Below are positions 47,885 through 57,165 of a DNA stretch of 64,000 nucleotides, piece after piece. A program made the translations under genes and the position numbers. The notes beneath the pieces are model-generated. The model saw only the letters and a list, made by a program, of their open reading frames with translations, did no database searches and was not told the origin of the DNA. How positions within the stretch are numbered: the stretch's first letter is position 1; each line of letters opens with the position of its first letter. This DNA comes from a virus. Its lineage: Duplodnaviria > Caudoviricetes. Location: the IMG/VR virus record IMGVR_UViG_3300036794_000053, positions 1-64,000 of that record; one strand, written 5' to 3'.

Positions 47885-48688
47885 TCACCCCAACTTCCGA
47901 GCCCGGTATCCTTCCACTACTTCGGCCATGAGTTCAGCGGACCACAGTGCCATTGCCGCTGTTTGTCCGTCGTCTCGATTGTCCGGTTCGTAGCGGTAGC
48001 ACTGGCATCCGTATAGCCAGTCCTCACCGCAGTCAACGCACGTGTGGCACACAGCGCAGCGGTCCACGTCCTTAGCTAAGGGTGTGCCGCATGCGAGGCA
48101 CTCACGCGGGAACGTGACCAGCGGTAGGTATTGGTAGTCGCTGTTTGAATACCACGCCCCGTCATCCCACATACCAGAGCTCTCGTTAATGATGTAGGAC
48201 TGTGCCCCGTAGGCAGGGTTCACTGTCAGGATGACGAGTTTGTTCCACTTGCCTATGTACTTGCCTAGTCGGTCACGGCTGGCCCGTTCGGATAGGTGTC
48301 CGAACCCGTCGCCTATCCATTCTTCGGCGGCGTAGCGGGTGTCGCAACGGCGGTCCTTCTTACCGGGTTGCGCACTGGCGGGCATGATTCCGTTGTGTGC
48401 GACCACGGTGCGCCGGTCACCGCGCAAGCGGAACGGGTGACAGTTGTACCTAGAATAGGTGCCGCCGGTGCCTAGCCGCGAGTGAAATAACGCTGGGCCG
48501 TCCGGGTGCCGGTTACGGGCCACGTCGAACCGTTCGATTACTTGTTCCGCGTTCATGCCGTGACCGACCATTAGGTGCCGGCCGGTCACGATGGCATAGC
48601 CGAACCCGTCCGGGTTGAATTCGGCGCCCGTGTACAGCGCGTCAACGTCCGGACGGATTCCGCCAGGGTAGAAACTCAAGAGGCACAT
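47885..48688 (-). CDS. Class II (Ntn) glutamine amidotransferase
   Basis: Cys2 (MC), NPDGFG, HSRLGT, CHPF, AHNG. Confidence 0.88.
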   Translation of the reverse strand: MCLLSFYPGGIRPDVDALYTGAEFNPDGFGYAIVTGRHLMVGHGMNAEQVIERFDVARNRHPDGPALFHSRLGTGGTYSRYNCHPFRLRGDRRTVVAHNGIMPASAQPGKKDRRCDTRYAAEEWIGDGFGHLSERASRDRLGKYIGKWNKLVILTVNPAYGAQSYIINESSGMWDDGAWYSNSDYQYLPLVTFPRECLACGTPLAKDVDRCAVCHTCVDCGEDWLYGCQCYRYEPDNRDDGQTAAMALWSAELMAEVVEGYRARKLG

Positions 48689-49857
48689 ACGGTCATCTCC
48701 TCCGATAGCGCGGAGTACTCCGGCCGTGCGTCAACCCACGTGCGGAACGCGTCCCATGTCCAGCCACCGGCCAGGATCACGGGCACGGTGAGATGACGGG
48801 TGTACTCCACCGACGCCGCCACTAGATCTAGCGCGGCCCGTACCTCTTGAGTGTCGAGTGACGCGGCGAATACCCGTACCTCAAACGTTGCCCAATTCTG
48901 GACGTTGATAGCGGAGTAGCGTTCTCCGTCGCGGTCGCCTTTAGCGGATGCTTTCAGATTGGGCCGTTTGGCGTGCGAGAATGACGCCCACTCGTATGAG
49001 CGGCGGCGGGCGACACCTGACACCCCGTCCGCGTTACGGTAAATCAGCTGCATCCACCGGTAGACATGGGCCGGGCCGTCGAACGCGTCACGGTTAACAT
49101 GCACGTGCATGCCTGCCCCGTCCGCGTCCGCTCCGGCGCACCGTAGGTCACGCAGCATTGACCACGGGAAACTTTCGGATGCGTATTCGTGTGTCATTGG
49201 GTGCGTGACAATCTCGAACCCGTCGGCTAGGGAGCAGTCTTCTTTCAGGTATCCGAGCTGCCCTAACTCCTGCGATGCGATCTGGGCGCACTGCCCGTCC
49301 GCATAGTTGAGTTCGAGTTCCATACCTAGGTAGACGCGCCCCTTCCCGTGGAATTCGGGGCGAGGCTTATACCCGTAGTTATTGAGATATGACTCGGCCG
49401 TGTCGTGGCAGTCGCTGCACCGCTCACCATGCTCCACCCACCGGGAGCAACCGTCGCACTGTGAGTAGCTCTCGTCACGGCAGTCGTCACACAGTTCGTT
49501 GCTGTATCCGGAGTATTCGGGGGCAACGTCAGTCAAGTCATAGTCATCTTCGGAGAAAAGATGGCACTGTTCGCAGCGGGCTACGGTGCACCCGAAACAA
49601 ACTTCACGGTTGTGAATGGTGGGATGGGTGGTCACGGTGCGTTCGTCGCATCGTTCGCACGTGGGTAGGTCTGCCGCGCATGTGTGGCAGACGGGCGTGC
49701 CATCTACCCATATACCGGTGGGCACGGTGAGGACGAGGTCTTCGTCGCGCCATGCCGTGTGGTACGGCATGAGCCACACGTCTGCGCATTGGGTACAGCG
49801 TTCGGCCCCGGGGACGCGTGCTGGGGGGGGAAACAGGGGTAGGGTGCTGCTAGTCAT
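48676..49857 (-). CDS. COOH-NH2 ligase (amidoligase) with N-terminal Zn ribbons
   Basis: GMELE, KEDCSL, GFEIVTHP, GMHVHV, RYSAIN, TFEVRVF; many CxxC. Confidence 0.85.
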   Translation of the reverse strand: MTSSTLPLFPPPARVPGAERCTQCADVWLMPYHTAWRDEDLVLTVPTGIWVDGTPVCHTCAADLPTCERCDERTVTTHPTIHNREVCFGCTVARCEQCHLFSEDDYDLTDVAPEYSGYSNELCDDCRDESYSQCDGCSRWVEHGERCSDCHDTAESYLNNYGYKPRPEFHGKGRVYLGMELELNYADGQCAQIASQELGQLGYLKEDCSLADGFEIVTHPMTHEYASESFPWSMLRDLRCAGADADGAGMHVHVNRDAFDGPAHVYRWMQLIYRNADGVSGVARRRSYEWASFSHAKRPNLKASAKGDRDGERYSAINVQNWATFEVRVFAASLDTQEVRAALDLVAASVEYTRHLTVPVILAGGWTWDAFRTWVDARPEYSALSEEMTVCAS

Positions 49858-50322
49858 CGTGCTGGCTCCTGACCAGTCGGTGATTAGCGCCACGCCTAGG
49901 GCGGCAACCCTGGCGTGGCGCGTCTGTCCGTGCGGACAGTGACACCGCTGGTCTAGGTGACGAGCGGTCTCGTTATCCCACGGGCAGTGTCACAGTGTGA
50001 CTCACGCGTGACAGACGCGTATCGTCACACTGTGACAGCGGTTGTTTCATGCCAGTGACACTGCGAATTCGACGCGCAACAGATCACGGTGACCGGCTTC
50101 GATGAGCGCGGACACCCTGTCTTGCGCCGCTGCCCAACGGCTCACTGTGGTGGCCCGGTCACTCGGCCCAGCGGCACGGTAGGCGACATAGGCAGCATCG
50201 GCCAGCGCGCGTGCCTGCATAAGCTCAGTTGAAATTGTCACGGTCTCTCCTCCGATCACGGTCACTGATAAGTCTGGAGACGCGCACCCATTGGATGCGC
50301 GACCCACACTTGACTCACTGGC

Positions 50323-51390
50323 CTACAGCCCTACCCACGGTGGGGTAGGCATGGTGAATTCCTTGTCCACGCAACGCAACACGTGATAGCCATGCTTGGT
50401 TAACACGCGGCCGCCGGACAGTCTCTTAATCAGGCGGGTACGCATGAGGTACGGTTCACGGTTGGTCACTGCGTCACTGTCCAAACACAGCATGTCTGCC
50501 AGGGCTTCGATGCCGATTGGACTGTCCTGCCCGGCCAGCCCGTCTTTAAGGATGCGCCGGTCTAGGGGGTCAAGGCCGAACTCATCGATCCCGAGCTGGG
50601 CCAGCGCCTTTTCAACGTCCGGGCCGGTCATCGCATCCAGATCGGCGACTTCGCCGAACCGTGCGACCCGCCGCAATATGGCGTTCGCTATCCGGGGCGT
50701 GCCCCTGCCAACCGCGGCTAGGTGGGCGTAACCCGCGTCGTCGAACGCGAACCCTTCGATCCCCGCGTACCGCCGGAGAATCTTCTCTATCTCGCCGGTC
50801 GAATAAAAGTCGAGCGACTCACGCACGGTGAACCTGTCAAGCAGCGGCCGCAACAACTGGCCAGGGTTCGTCGTGGCGCCGATGAGCACGAACGGGGCCA
50901 GCACAAACGGCTCTTTCGCCCCGGGCGGGGTGAACTCACCGTTTTCAAGCGCGTCAAGCCACAGTTGCTGACCCTTCTTACAAGCGGCGTGCGTCTCATC
51001 GGACCACACAACCGCCGGACCCTCATCAGGCCCACCGATAGACGCGATAGCCGCGGCCGCTTCGCGTACGGTGCCCATAGACGTGGCTGGAATGACCACT
51101 AGCCGCTTACCCAACACATCGGCGATACAAGCGGCTAGGGACGACTTCCCCAGACCAGCCGGACCCTCCAACAAGATGTGGTCTGGTAGCTCACCCCGCT
51201 TCGAAGCCGCGCGGCACTCCACAGTCAGATTAAAAACCACGTTCGACTGCCCGATAAAGCTATCCAACGCTTCAGGCCTAGCCGTACGGACCACCGGCGA
51301 AGCTCTCCGCTCCTCCGGCCCCACAACACGCAACACAGGAACGGGCCGGCCGATACGGTCAGCAACCGTCTGCATAAGCGGCGTACTCAT
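50323..51390 (-). CDS. ruvB: RuvB-like Holliday junction branch-migration ATPase
   Basis: RP..LDSFIGQ, GPAGLGKS, DETH, IGATT, PLLDRF, GTPRIAN, EPYL. Confidence 0.9.
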   Translation of the reverse strand: MSTPLMQTVADRIGRPVPVLRVVGPEERRASPVVRTARPEALDSFIGQSNVVFNLTVECRAASKRGELPDHILLEGPAGLGKSSLAACIADVLGKRLVVIPATSMGTVREAAAAIASIGGPDEGPAVVWSDETHAACKKGQQLWLDALENGEFTPPGAKEPFVLAPFVLIGATTNPGQLLRPLLDRFTVRESLDFYSTGEIEKILRRYAGIEGFAFDDAGYAHLAAVGRGTPRIANAILRRVARFGEVADLDAMTGPDVEKALAQLGIDEFGLDPLDRRILKDGLAGQDSPIGIEALADMLCLDSDAVTNREPYLMRTRLIKRLSGGRVLTKHGYHVLRCVDKEFTMPTPPWVGL

Positions 51391-51915
51391 AACCGCACCT
51401 CCAAAAAAGTCGGAAAGATGACCGACCGTTCACCGCACGGTGACCGGCAACAGCCAACGGACAAGCCGTTGACTCTTGACAACCACCACAACAGCCACAC
51501 ACAAACCAAACAGCAGACGAAAGTAAGCACCCGTTTACATAGGGGACTCGCGCGCCTTGTGATAACAGCCGTAGCAGGGTGCGACCAGCGAAAACGCCGC
51601 ACTTTTTCATGATCAAATCGCTGACTACCGCTTCTCACTATTAGCGGTACTCAGCCAGGCCGAGCGGCGCCCCTCGGGGCGCCTGGCCACAAAAGCGGTA
51701 CTCAGTGGGCACGGCTCAGCGCGCGCTACAAGCGCCTTTCGCCAGGGCCGGCCCGGATAATGTGTGCGCCCGTAACCCACGGGCGGGGGTAGCGCACTCA
51801 CCGCTCGACAGTGCCCACGTGCACCGATGTGCACGTCCTTAGGCACGGCACGGCCAACGCGCACCTATGTGCGCGACCTTAGGCCGCTCGTCTCTGCGAT
51901 ACTTGCGCTCGCTCA

Positions 51916-51935
51916 CTATTGAGTTCTCAAGGAAC
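51916..51935 (-). promoter_or_regulatory. rrn-type boxA antitermination element
   Basis: Minus strand reads GTTCCTTGAGAACTCAATAG. Confidence 0.7.
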
Positions 51936-52138
51936 CGTTGCCCACCGGATGCGCCCGGGGACTCCGCTCGCGCGGCGATGGATGGGTGCCGCGCGCACGG
52001 GGCGGCGCACGGGCATGGCAGTGCCCCGGTCGGGGCGAGCTGGCGGATTTCATACCCCGATAGTAGGCCACCACACTGGTATGGCCTATGACCTAGGTCA
52101 CACTGCTGCTGTGACGTGCGTCACACAGTCCACTTGAG

Positions 52139-52240
52139 TCCAAAGTGGACGCTGGGCGCGCTCCTATGTGGACGGACGCGGGTGTCCTATGTGGACTCGC
52201 GGCGTGTCCTATGTGGACGCCAGAGCGGTCCTATGTGGAC
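52139..52240. repeat. Five phased 12-bp direct repeats TCCTATGTGGAC
   Basis: Copies at 52139 (TCCAAAGTGGAC), 52162, 52185, 52207, 52229; period 22-23 nt. Confidence 0.9.
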
Positions 52241-52417
52241 ACACCTACCCTCGGGGGGTATCGGGGAGGTTAGGGTACACTCCCCCCCACCCAGGCCAGC
52301 CTAGCCTAACCCAGGGCAAGGGTTCTTGACCGTTCGCGTTTTTGCTGTTCAGGCGTGCCCTGTTTTTTCTGCGCGCGTGCGTGAGCTGCCTGGTGTTGGT
52401 GTGTAGCCTGTTGTGTT

Positions 52418-52810
52418 ATGACTGTGACTGTGGAGAGGCGTGTGCGGGCGCAGGTTGATCTGCCTGGTGATTTGGTGGATCGGGTGGCGGTGCATGCGGA
52501 GCGGTTGGGTGTGACGGCGACGTTGTTGTGGTTTTCGTGGTTGAGCCAGGCTTTGTGGTTGGTTCACCAGGGGCGGGGGCATTTGTTGCCGCGGGTGCCG
52601 GTTCAGGGGTCGTTGCGGCGGTTGCCGGCTGGGTCGTTGGGTGTGAAGCGGGGGGTGGGGTGGGTGATGTCGTCGGCGGAGTACGGCAGGTTGTCGTTGG
52701 TGTTGGATGGTGCGGGTACGACGGTGCCGGCGGTGTTGGTGGCTGCTGGGGAGGCGTTTTGTGCGGTGGGGGGGGATTTGGCGCGGATGGAGTGGCCGCC
52801 GGTGGCGTGA
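52418..52810 (+). CDS. Hypothetical protein (possible tandem RHH)
   Basis: AQVDLPGDLVDRVAVHAERLGVT. Confidence 0.5.
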   Translation: MTVTVERRVRAQVDLPGDLVDRVAVHAERLGVTATLLWFSWLSQALWLVHQGRGHLLPRVPVQGSLRRLPAGSLGVKRGVGWVMSSAEYGRLSLVLDGAGTTVPAVLVAAGEAFCAVGGDLARMEWPPVA

Positions 52811-53309
52811 GAGAGGCCCCCTTTCGGTATCTCTACCTTGGGGGGCTTCTGTTCGGCGCTGTGTGTGGCTGTGGGGGGCCTTTACGGGGCTACGTCACCC
52901 TCGTCCTACCAGCGCGCGGGCGAGGGTGACGAGCCGGAAGTCGGGGCCGATCTCGGTTGCGTCAACGGCTCCGGCGCGCAGGATGTCCGCCAACGGGCGC
53001 GCGATCTGTGGCCCCATGCTGGCTATCCAGCCGGCGCGGGTCTGATCGGTGCACTGATTGCCGAGGGTGGCGACGGTGGGCATATCGGCGTCGTCGTCCC
53101 AGGCGACGTCATCCAAGATGACGTAGTACGGGCCGTCCTCCTCGTACTGGTCGTAATCCCACGCTTCGTGCAGTGCGTAGGAGTCGATGCGGTTGGCCGC
53201 GCGGCGCATCAGCTCGGCGCACGCTTCGGCGTTGGCCAGCTCGGCGGCCGTGGGCGGTGCTTGCGAGAACTCGGGGAGTCCGGTCATTGGAACGCTTTCC
53301 CGGTTGGCG

Positions 53310-53720
53310 TTAGTCATGGACGTCGGGGCATGTGCAGCCTGGTTCTTTGCATATGTCCGGTGGTTCGGGGAAGGGGGACTTGGGGATGTCCTCGGTGGAA
53401 AACGATCGTTCTCTCATCCCCGGTGCGATGAGGCCATCGAAATTGCTTGACGATCTACATGCGTCGATGTAGCCGTCGGAGTCGGAATCGACCGCTTCAA
53501 TTGACCCGTCCGCGTAGAAGAGAAACCCGACAACGGGGTTCGTCCAGGTACTGTCGTTGCCGTTGCGGTACCTGACCATCCAGCCTTGACCGGGTAAGAC
53601 GGCGACAACGGGGTTCGCCGGAGGTTTTAAGTCTTTGACCGCGCGAACGAGGTCGCCCACGCTGTTGTCGAGCTGCTCGATTCGTCCTTGGATGTAGTCC
53701 AACGCGTCATCAACGCTCAC
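53310..53720 (-). CDS. Hypothetical protein
   Basis: GAAAGG RBS; 136 aa. Confidence 0.6.
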   Translation of the reverse strand: MSVDDALDYIQGRIEQLDNSVGDLVRAVKDLKPPANPVVAVLPGQGWMVRYRNGNDSTWTNPVVGFLFYADGSIEAVDSDSDGYIDACRSSSNFDGLIAPGMRERSFSTEDIPKSPFPEPPDICKEPGCTCPDVHD

Positions 53721-54348
53721 CGAAACTTAACCTTTCTCGTCATGTTTCACGTCGTCGACCTGGGGTGTTGTGTCCGGGGGTGGCATGTCTCCACCGGCGG
53801 GTAAACCGGGTTCAACGTCCAGTGGTTTCTGGGTAGGGTGGTGGTGGTTCCCTGGGGTGCTCCCCCGTGTGCAGCGGGGTGTGTGGTGACCACCGGATTC
53901 GGTGAGGCACCCCAGGGAACCCTCTCATTGCGTGAAGTCGTAGCCGCACCTGCGGCACTGACCGTTCTCCAGGTCGTGTCTGCTGGAGAGACATTCCGCT
54001 ACCCGGCGGGTGACTTCCACTCGCTGCTGGAGCAGCGCTTCGTCCAGGGCGAGGTCGTTCCGCCACACTTTTTGGATCAGTTCGTCGGTGTACTCGTCGA
54101 TGGTCATCGTTGTTTCCTGACCTCGCGGACGAGCTCGACGAGTTCCTCGTCGCTCAAGTGTTTCCCTGACCATCTCAGCTCTTGCCGCGCGATGCGGCGA
54201 CGCAGCGCCTTCTCCGAACGTAGGCGGCGCCAGTACCAACGGCGCCAGCGACCATGCATCGGTGTCACTTCTGTTTACTCCCGCCCCAAAAATGGAAGTT
54301 GGCCACCGGCCGGTTCTCCGGTTAGCGGCGAGCCGCAACACCAGCCGG

Positions 54349-54720
54349 TCAATCATGTTCATCCGGCCACACCTCCAAGTCATTGCGGGTGTTCTCCACC
54401 GGTTGTGCCGTGGCGCGACGGCGAATCAACTCGTCGAGTCCTGCCTTCGCCTCGCCGAGAGCTTGTGAGTAGCGCGTGAGCAGCTCGTCGGCCGTCAGTT
54501 CATGCAGCTGTTTAGTTTTGATCGGGAGTAGCTGTTCGTCGAGCTTGAGTTTCTCCTGGATGAACAGCATCCGGGTGTGGGGAATCTTCCCGCACTCCCA
54601 CTTCAAGTAGCTGCTCAGCTTGAGGTGGAACAATTCCGCCATCTCTTCACGACTGGCTCCCCGTCGTTGTCGTGCTTCCCGTAGCCGCTGACCCAGCTCG
54701 TCCCGGATGTTGTTGGTCAT
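54349..54720 (-). CDS. XRE-family HTH regulator
   Basis: LGQRLREARQRRGASREEMAE...YLKWECG. Confidence 0.8.
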   Translation of the reverse strand: MTNNIRDELGQRLREARQRRGASREEMAELFHLKLSSYLKWECGKIPHTRMLFIQEKLKLDEQLLPIKTKQLHELTADELLTRYSQALGEAKAGLDELIRRRATAQPVENTRNDLEVWPDEHD

Positions 54721-55079
54721 GGAATCCCTGTCACCGGCGGTCCGAGTGCCACATGCGTTCGTTGAGCGGCAGGAACGGCGGGGCGGGGTAGGGCTTCTCC
54801 GCCATCACGCCGGTGGTGATGATGAGCACGCAGCCGATGAGGAGCAGCCAGACGCTGCCGCCGTTCAACAGGATGGCCATGCCGATCGCGCCGACGACCA
54901 TTGATGCGCCCCAGGCGATGGCCCAGTTGGGGCGGGCGATCTTGCTGTAGCTCTGACGGCAGGTGCGTTCGACGTAGACGACGCGGCGGCGTCGGAAGCT
55001 CGGGATGAAGAAGAACACGTCCCCTCCTTCGGAATTTGGGACGCCCATTGTCCCACAGAAAACTCTTGGTGAGGTGGAC

Positions 55080-55586
55080 GTGAAGGGCTGCGTGTGTGTC
55101 GACGTCGAAACCACCGGGCCCCACCCCGAAACCCACGAAGTCGTCGAGGTCGCCTGGTGGGCCATGGACATCGGCGAACGGGGTGTGTTCATCCCACCCC
55201 ACACCCTGACCGGCGCCGACGATCACGCCTTGTCGGTCAACCGCTACTGGACCCGCGGCCTGTGGAAGGGCGGTTGGGACGACGGCACCGAACTGGCCCG
55301 CTTCCACACCGTCCTGGCTTCCCGGTGGGTGGTGGGCGCGAACCCGGGTTTCGACTGGGCGTTCCTGCGCCGGCTGTTCATCCGGGAGGGACTCAGCGTC
55401 ACCTCCCTCTCCTATCCGCCGCTGGATTTGCCTGCGTACGCGGCGGGTGTCCTCGGTCAAAGGATCACCGACCGGATGGGACTCAGCCGGCTGTGCCGGT
55501 TGCTGGGGGTCGAGCCGGGTGACCACACCGCCGAAGGTGACGTCCGGGCCTGCGTGGAATGCCTTTTGGAACTTCACAAACGCTAA
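55080..55586 (+). CDS. DEDDh 3'-5' exonuclease (DnaQ-like)
   Basis: DVETTG, NPGFD, HTAEGD. Confidence 0.88.
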   Translation: MKGCVCVDVETTGPHPETHEVVEVAWWAMDIGERGVFIPPHTLTGADDHALSVNRYWTRGLWKGGWDDGTELARFHTVLASRWVVGANPGFDWAFLRRLFIREGLSVTSLSYPPLDLPAYAAGVLGQRITDRMGLSRLCRLLGVEPGDHTAEGDVRACVECLLELHKR

Positions 55587-55728
55587 TCAGGTGTTGTCAT
55601 GGAACTACCTAACGAGTTGCCTAGGCCTTTGTTTCCGGAACCGGAACCCATTCCCGATTGGGTTGTGACGGTGATGAAACGTGGCTGCCGTCGTCAGAAA
55701 GAAATTAATTGGGTCGAGGTGTTGGACA

Positions 55729-57165
55729 ATGCGCGACGAGATCACCCTGAATGAAGTCCATGCACCTATTGACCAGTTGAAACTTTTGCGCCGACTCCAA
55801 ACGATGAAAGAGGAGTTGGATCGGCGGATCGCGTCGAAGGTGGTGGACCGGCCGAGGCCGTGGCATAAGAAGGCTCGGGCGAAGCAGCTCCCCCCGAGTG
55901 GTGACTGGAACATTTGGTTGATCATGTCGGGGCGCGGCTGGGGGAAGACCGCGACCGGCGCGAACTGGTTGGCCGAACAAGCCGCGAAATACCCGCAAAC
56001 CGAGTGGGCGGTGGTTGCGCCGACGTGGCGGGACTGCCGCAACACCTGCCTCCAAGGCTCCTCCGGGGTGTTGAAGGCGTTGTTGCCGGACGAGTACGAC
56101 TCGATGAACCTGTCCGACCTGACCATCCGCCTCAAAAACGGCAGCCGGATTTACGGGTACAGCGCTGACGGTTTCGAACGGCTGCGTGGCACGAACTTGT
56201 CGGGGGCGTGGGTGGATGAGGCCGCGGTCATGGACCAGGTCGAGGCCATGTTCTTCGAAGCGCTCATGCCGGCCCTGCGGATCGGTGACAAGCCGCGGGT
56301 GGTGATTACCACCACCCCACGGTCGGTGAAGTTCCTGCGTGATCTGTTGGCCCGCACGGATGGTTCTGTGGCGGTCACTCGGGGCAGCACGAAGGAGAAC
56401 GCGGACAACTTGTCCGCCGCCGCCCTCGCCGAGCTGTACACCCGCTATGAGGGCACCCGGATTGGTGAGCAGGAACTCGAAGGGAAGATGCTGCAGGACC
56501 TGCAAGGGGCGCTGTGGTCGCACGACATTTTGGAAGCTACCCGGGTTCAGAAGGCACCGAATCTGGTTCGGGTGGTGGTGGGGGTGGACCCGGCTACCAC
56601 GTCGGGGAAGAAGTCGGACTACACCGGCATCGTCGTCGCCGGCCGGTCCAGTGACGGCCATTTCTATGTGCTGGAAGATGCGACGACGAAGGGCACCCCG
56701 AATCAGTGCATGGCGAAAGCGGTGGGTTGTTATCACCGGTGGCATGCGGATCGGATCATCGGGGAGATGAACAACGGCGGCGACTTCATCGAGTCCGTCA
56801 TCCGCGCCGTCGACCCCACCGTCTCCTACAAAACGGTACGGGCCACCCGGGGGAAGTTCATTCGGGCCGAGCCGATCTCGGCGTTGTGGGAGCAGGGCCG
56901 CGCGCACATGGTCGGCGTGCACCCCATTCTGGAAGACCAAATGTGTGTGTTCACCCACGACGGGAAAGAATCCCCGGACAATCTGGATGCGTTGGTGTGG
57001 GCGGCGACTGAACTGAATGTTGGCGCGACCGCGATGGCGTATTTGGCGGCGCTGGCGAACATTTGCCGCGAATGTGACATGCCGAATTTGAAATTGTCGA
57101 CCGCGTGTTACAAGTGCGGGGCCGCGTTGAAAACAGATGTAGAGGAAGGGGGCCGGTGTGCCTAA
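55729..57165 (+). CDS. terL: Terminase large subunit
   Basis: GRGWGKT, WVDEAA, ITTTP, GVDPA, DNLDA. Confidence 0.95.
   Translation: MRDEITLNEVHAPIDQLKLLRRLQTMKEELDRRIASKVVDRPRPWHKKARAKQLPPSGDWNIWLIMSGRGWGKTATGANWLAEQAAKYPQTEWAVVAPTWRDCRNTCLQGSSGVLKALLPDEYDSMNLSDLTIRLKNGSRIYGYSADGFERLRGTNLSGAWVDEAAVMDQVEAMFFEALMPALRIGDKPRVVITTTPRSVKFLRDLLARTDGSVAVTRGSTKENADNLSAAALAELYTRYEGTRIGEQELEGKMLQDLQGALWSHDILEATRVQKAPNLVRVVVGVDPATTSGKKSDYTGIVVAGRSSDGHFYVLEDATTKGTPNQCMAKAVGCYHRWHADRIIGEMNNGGDFIESVIRAVDPTVSYKTVRATRGKFIRAEPISALWEQGRAHMVGVHPILEDQMCVFTHDGKESPDNLDALVWAATELNVGATAMAYLAALANICRECDMPNLKLSTACYKCGAALKTDVEEGGRCA

Noticed and set aside
52139-52240. Mini-CRISPR
   Set aside because: 12-nt repeats and 10-11-nt spacers are too short; phasing fits protein binding.
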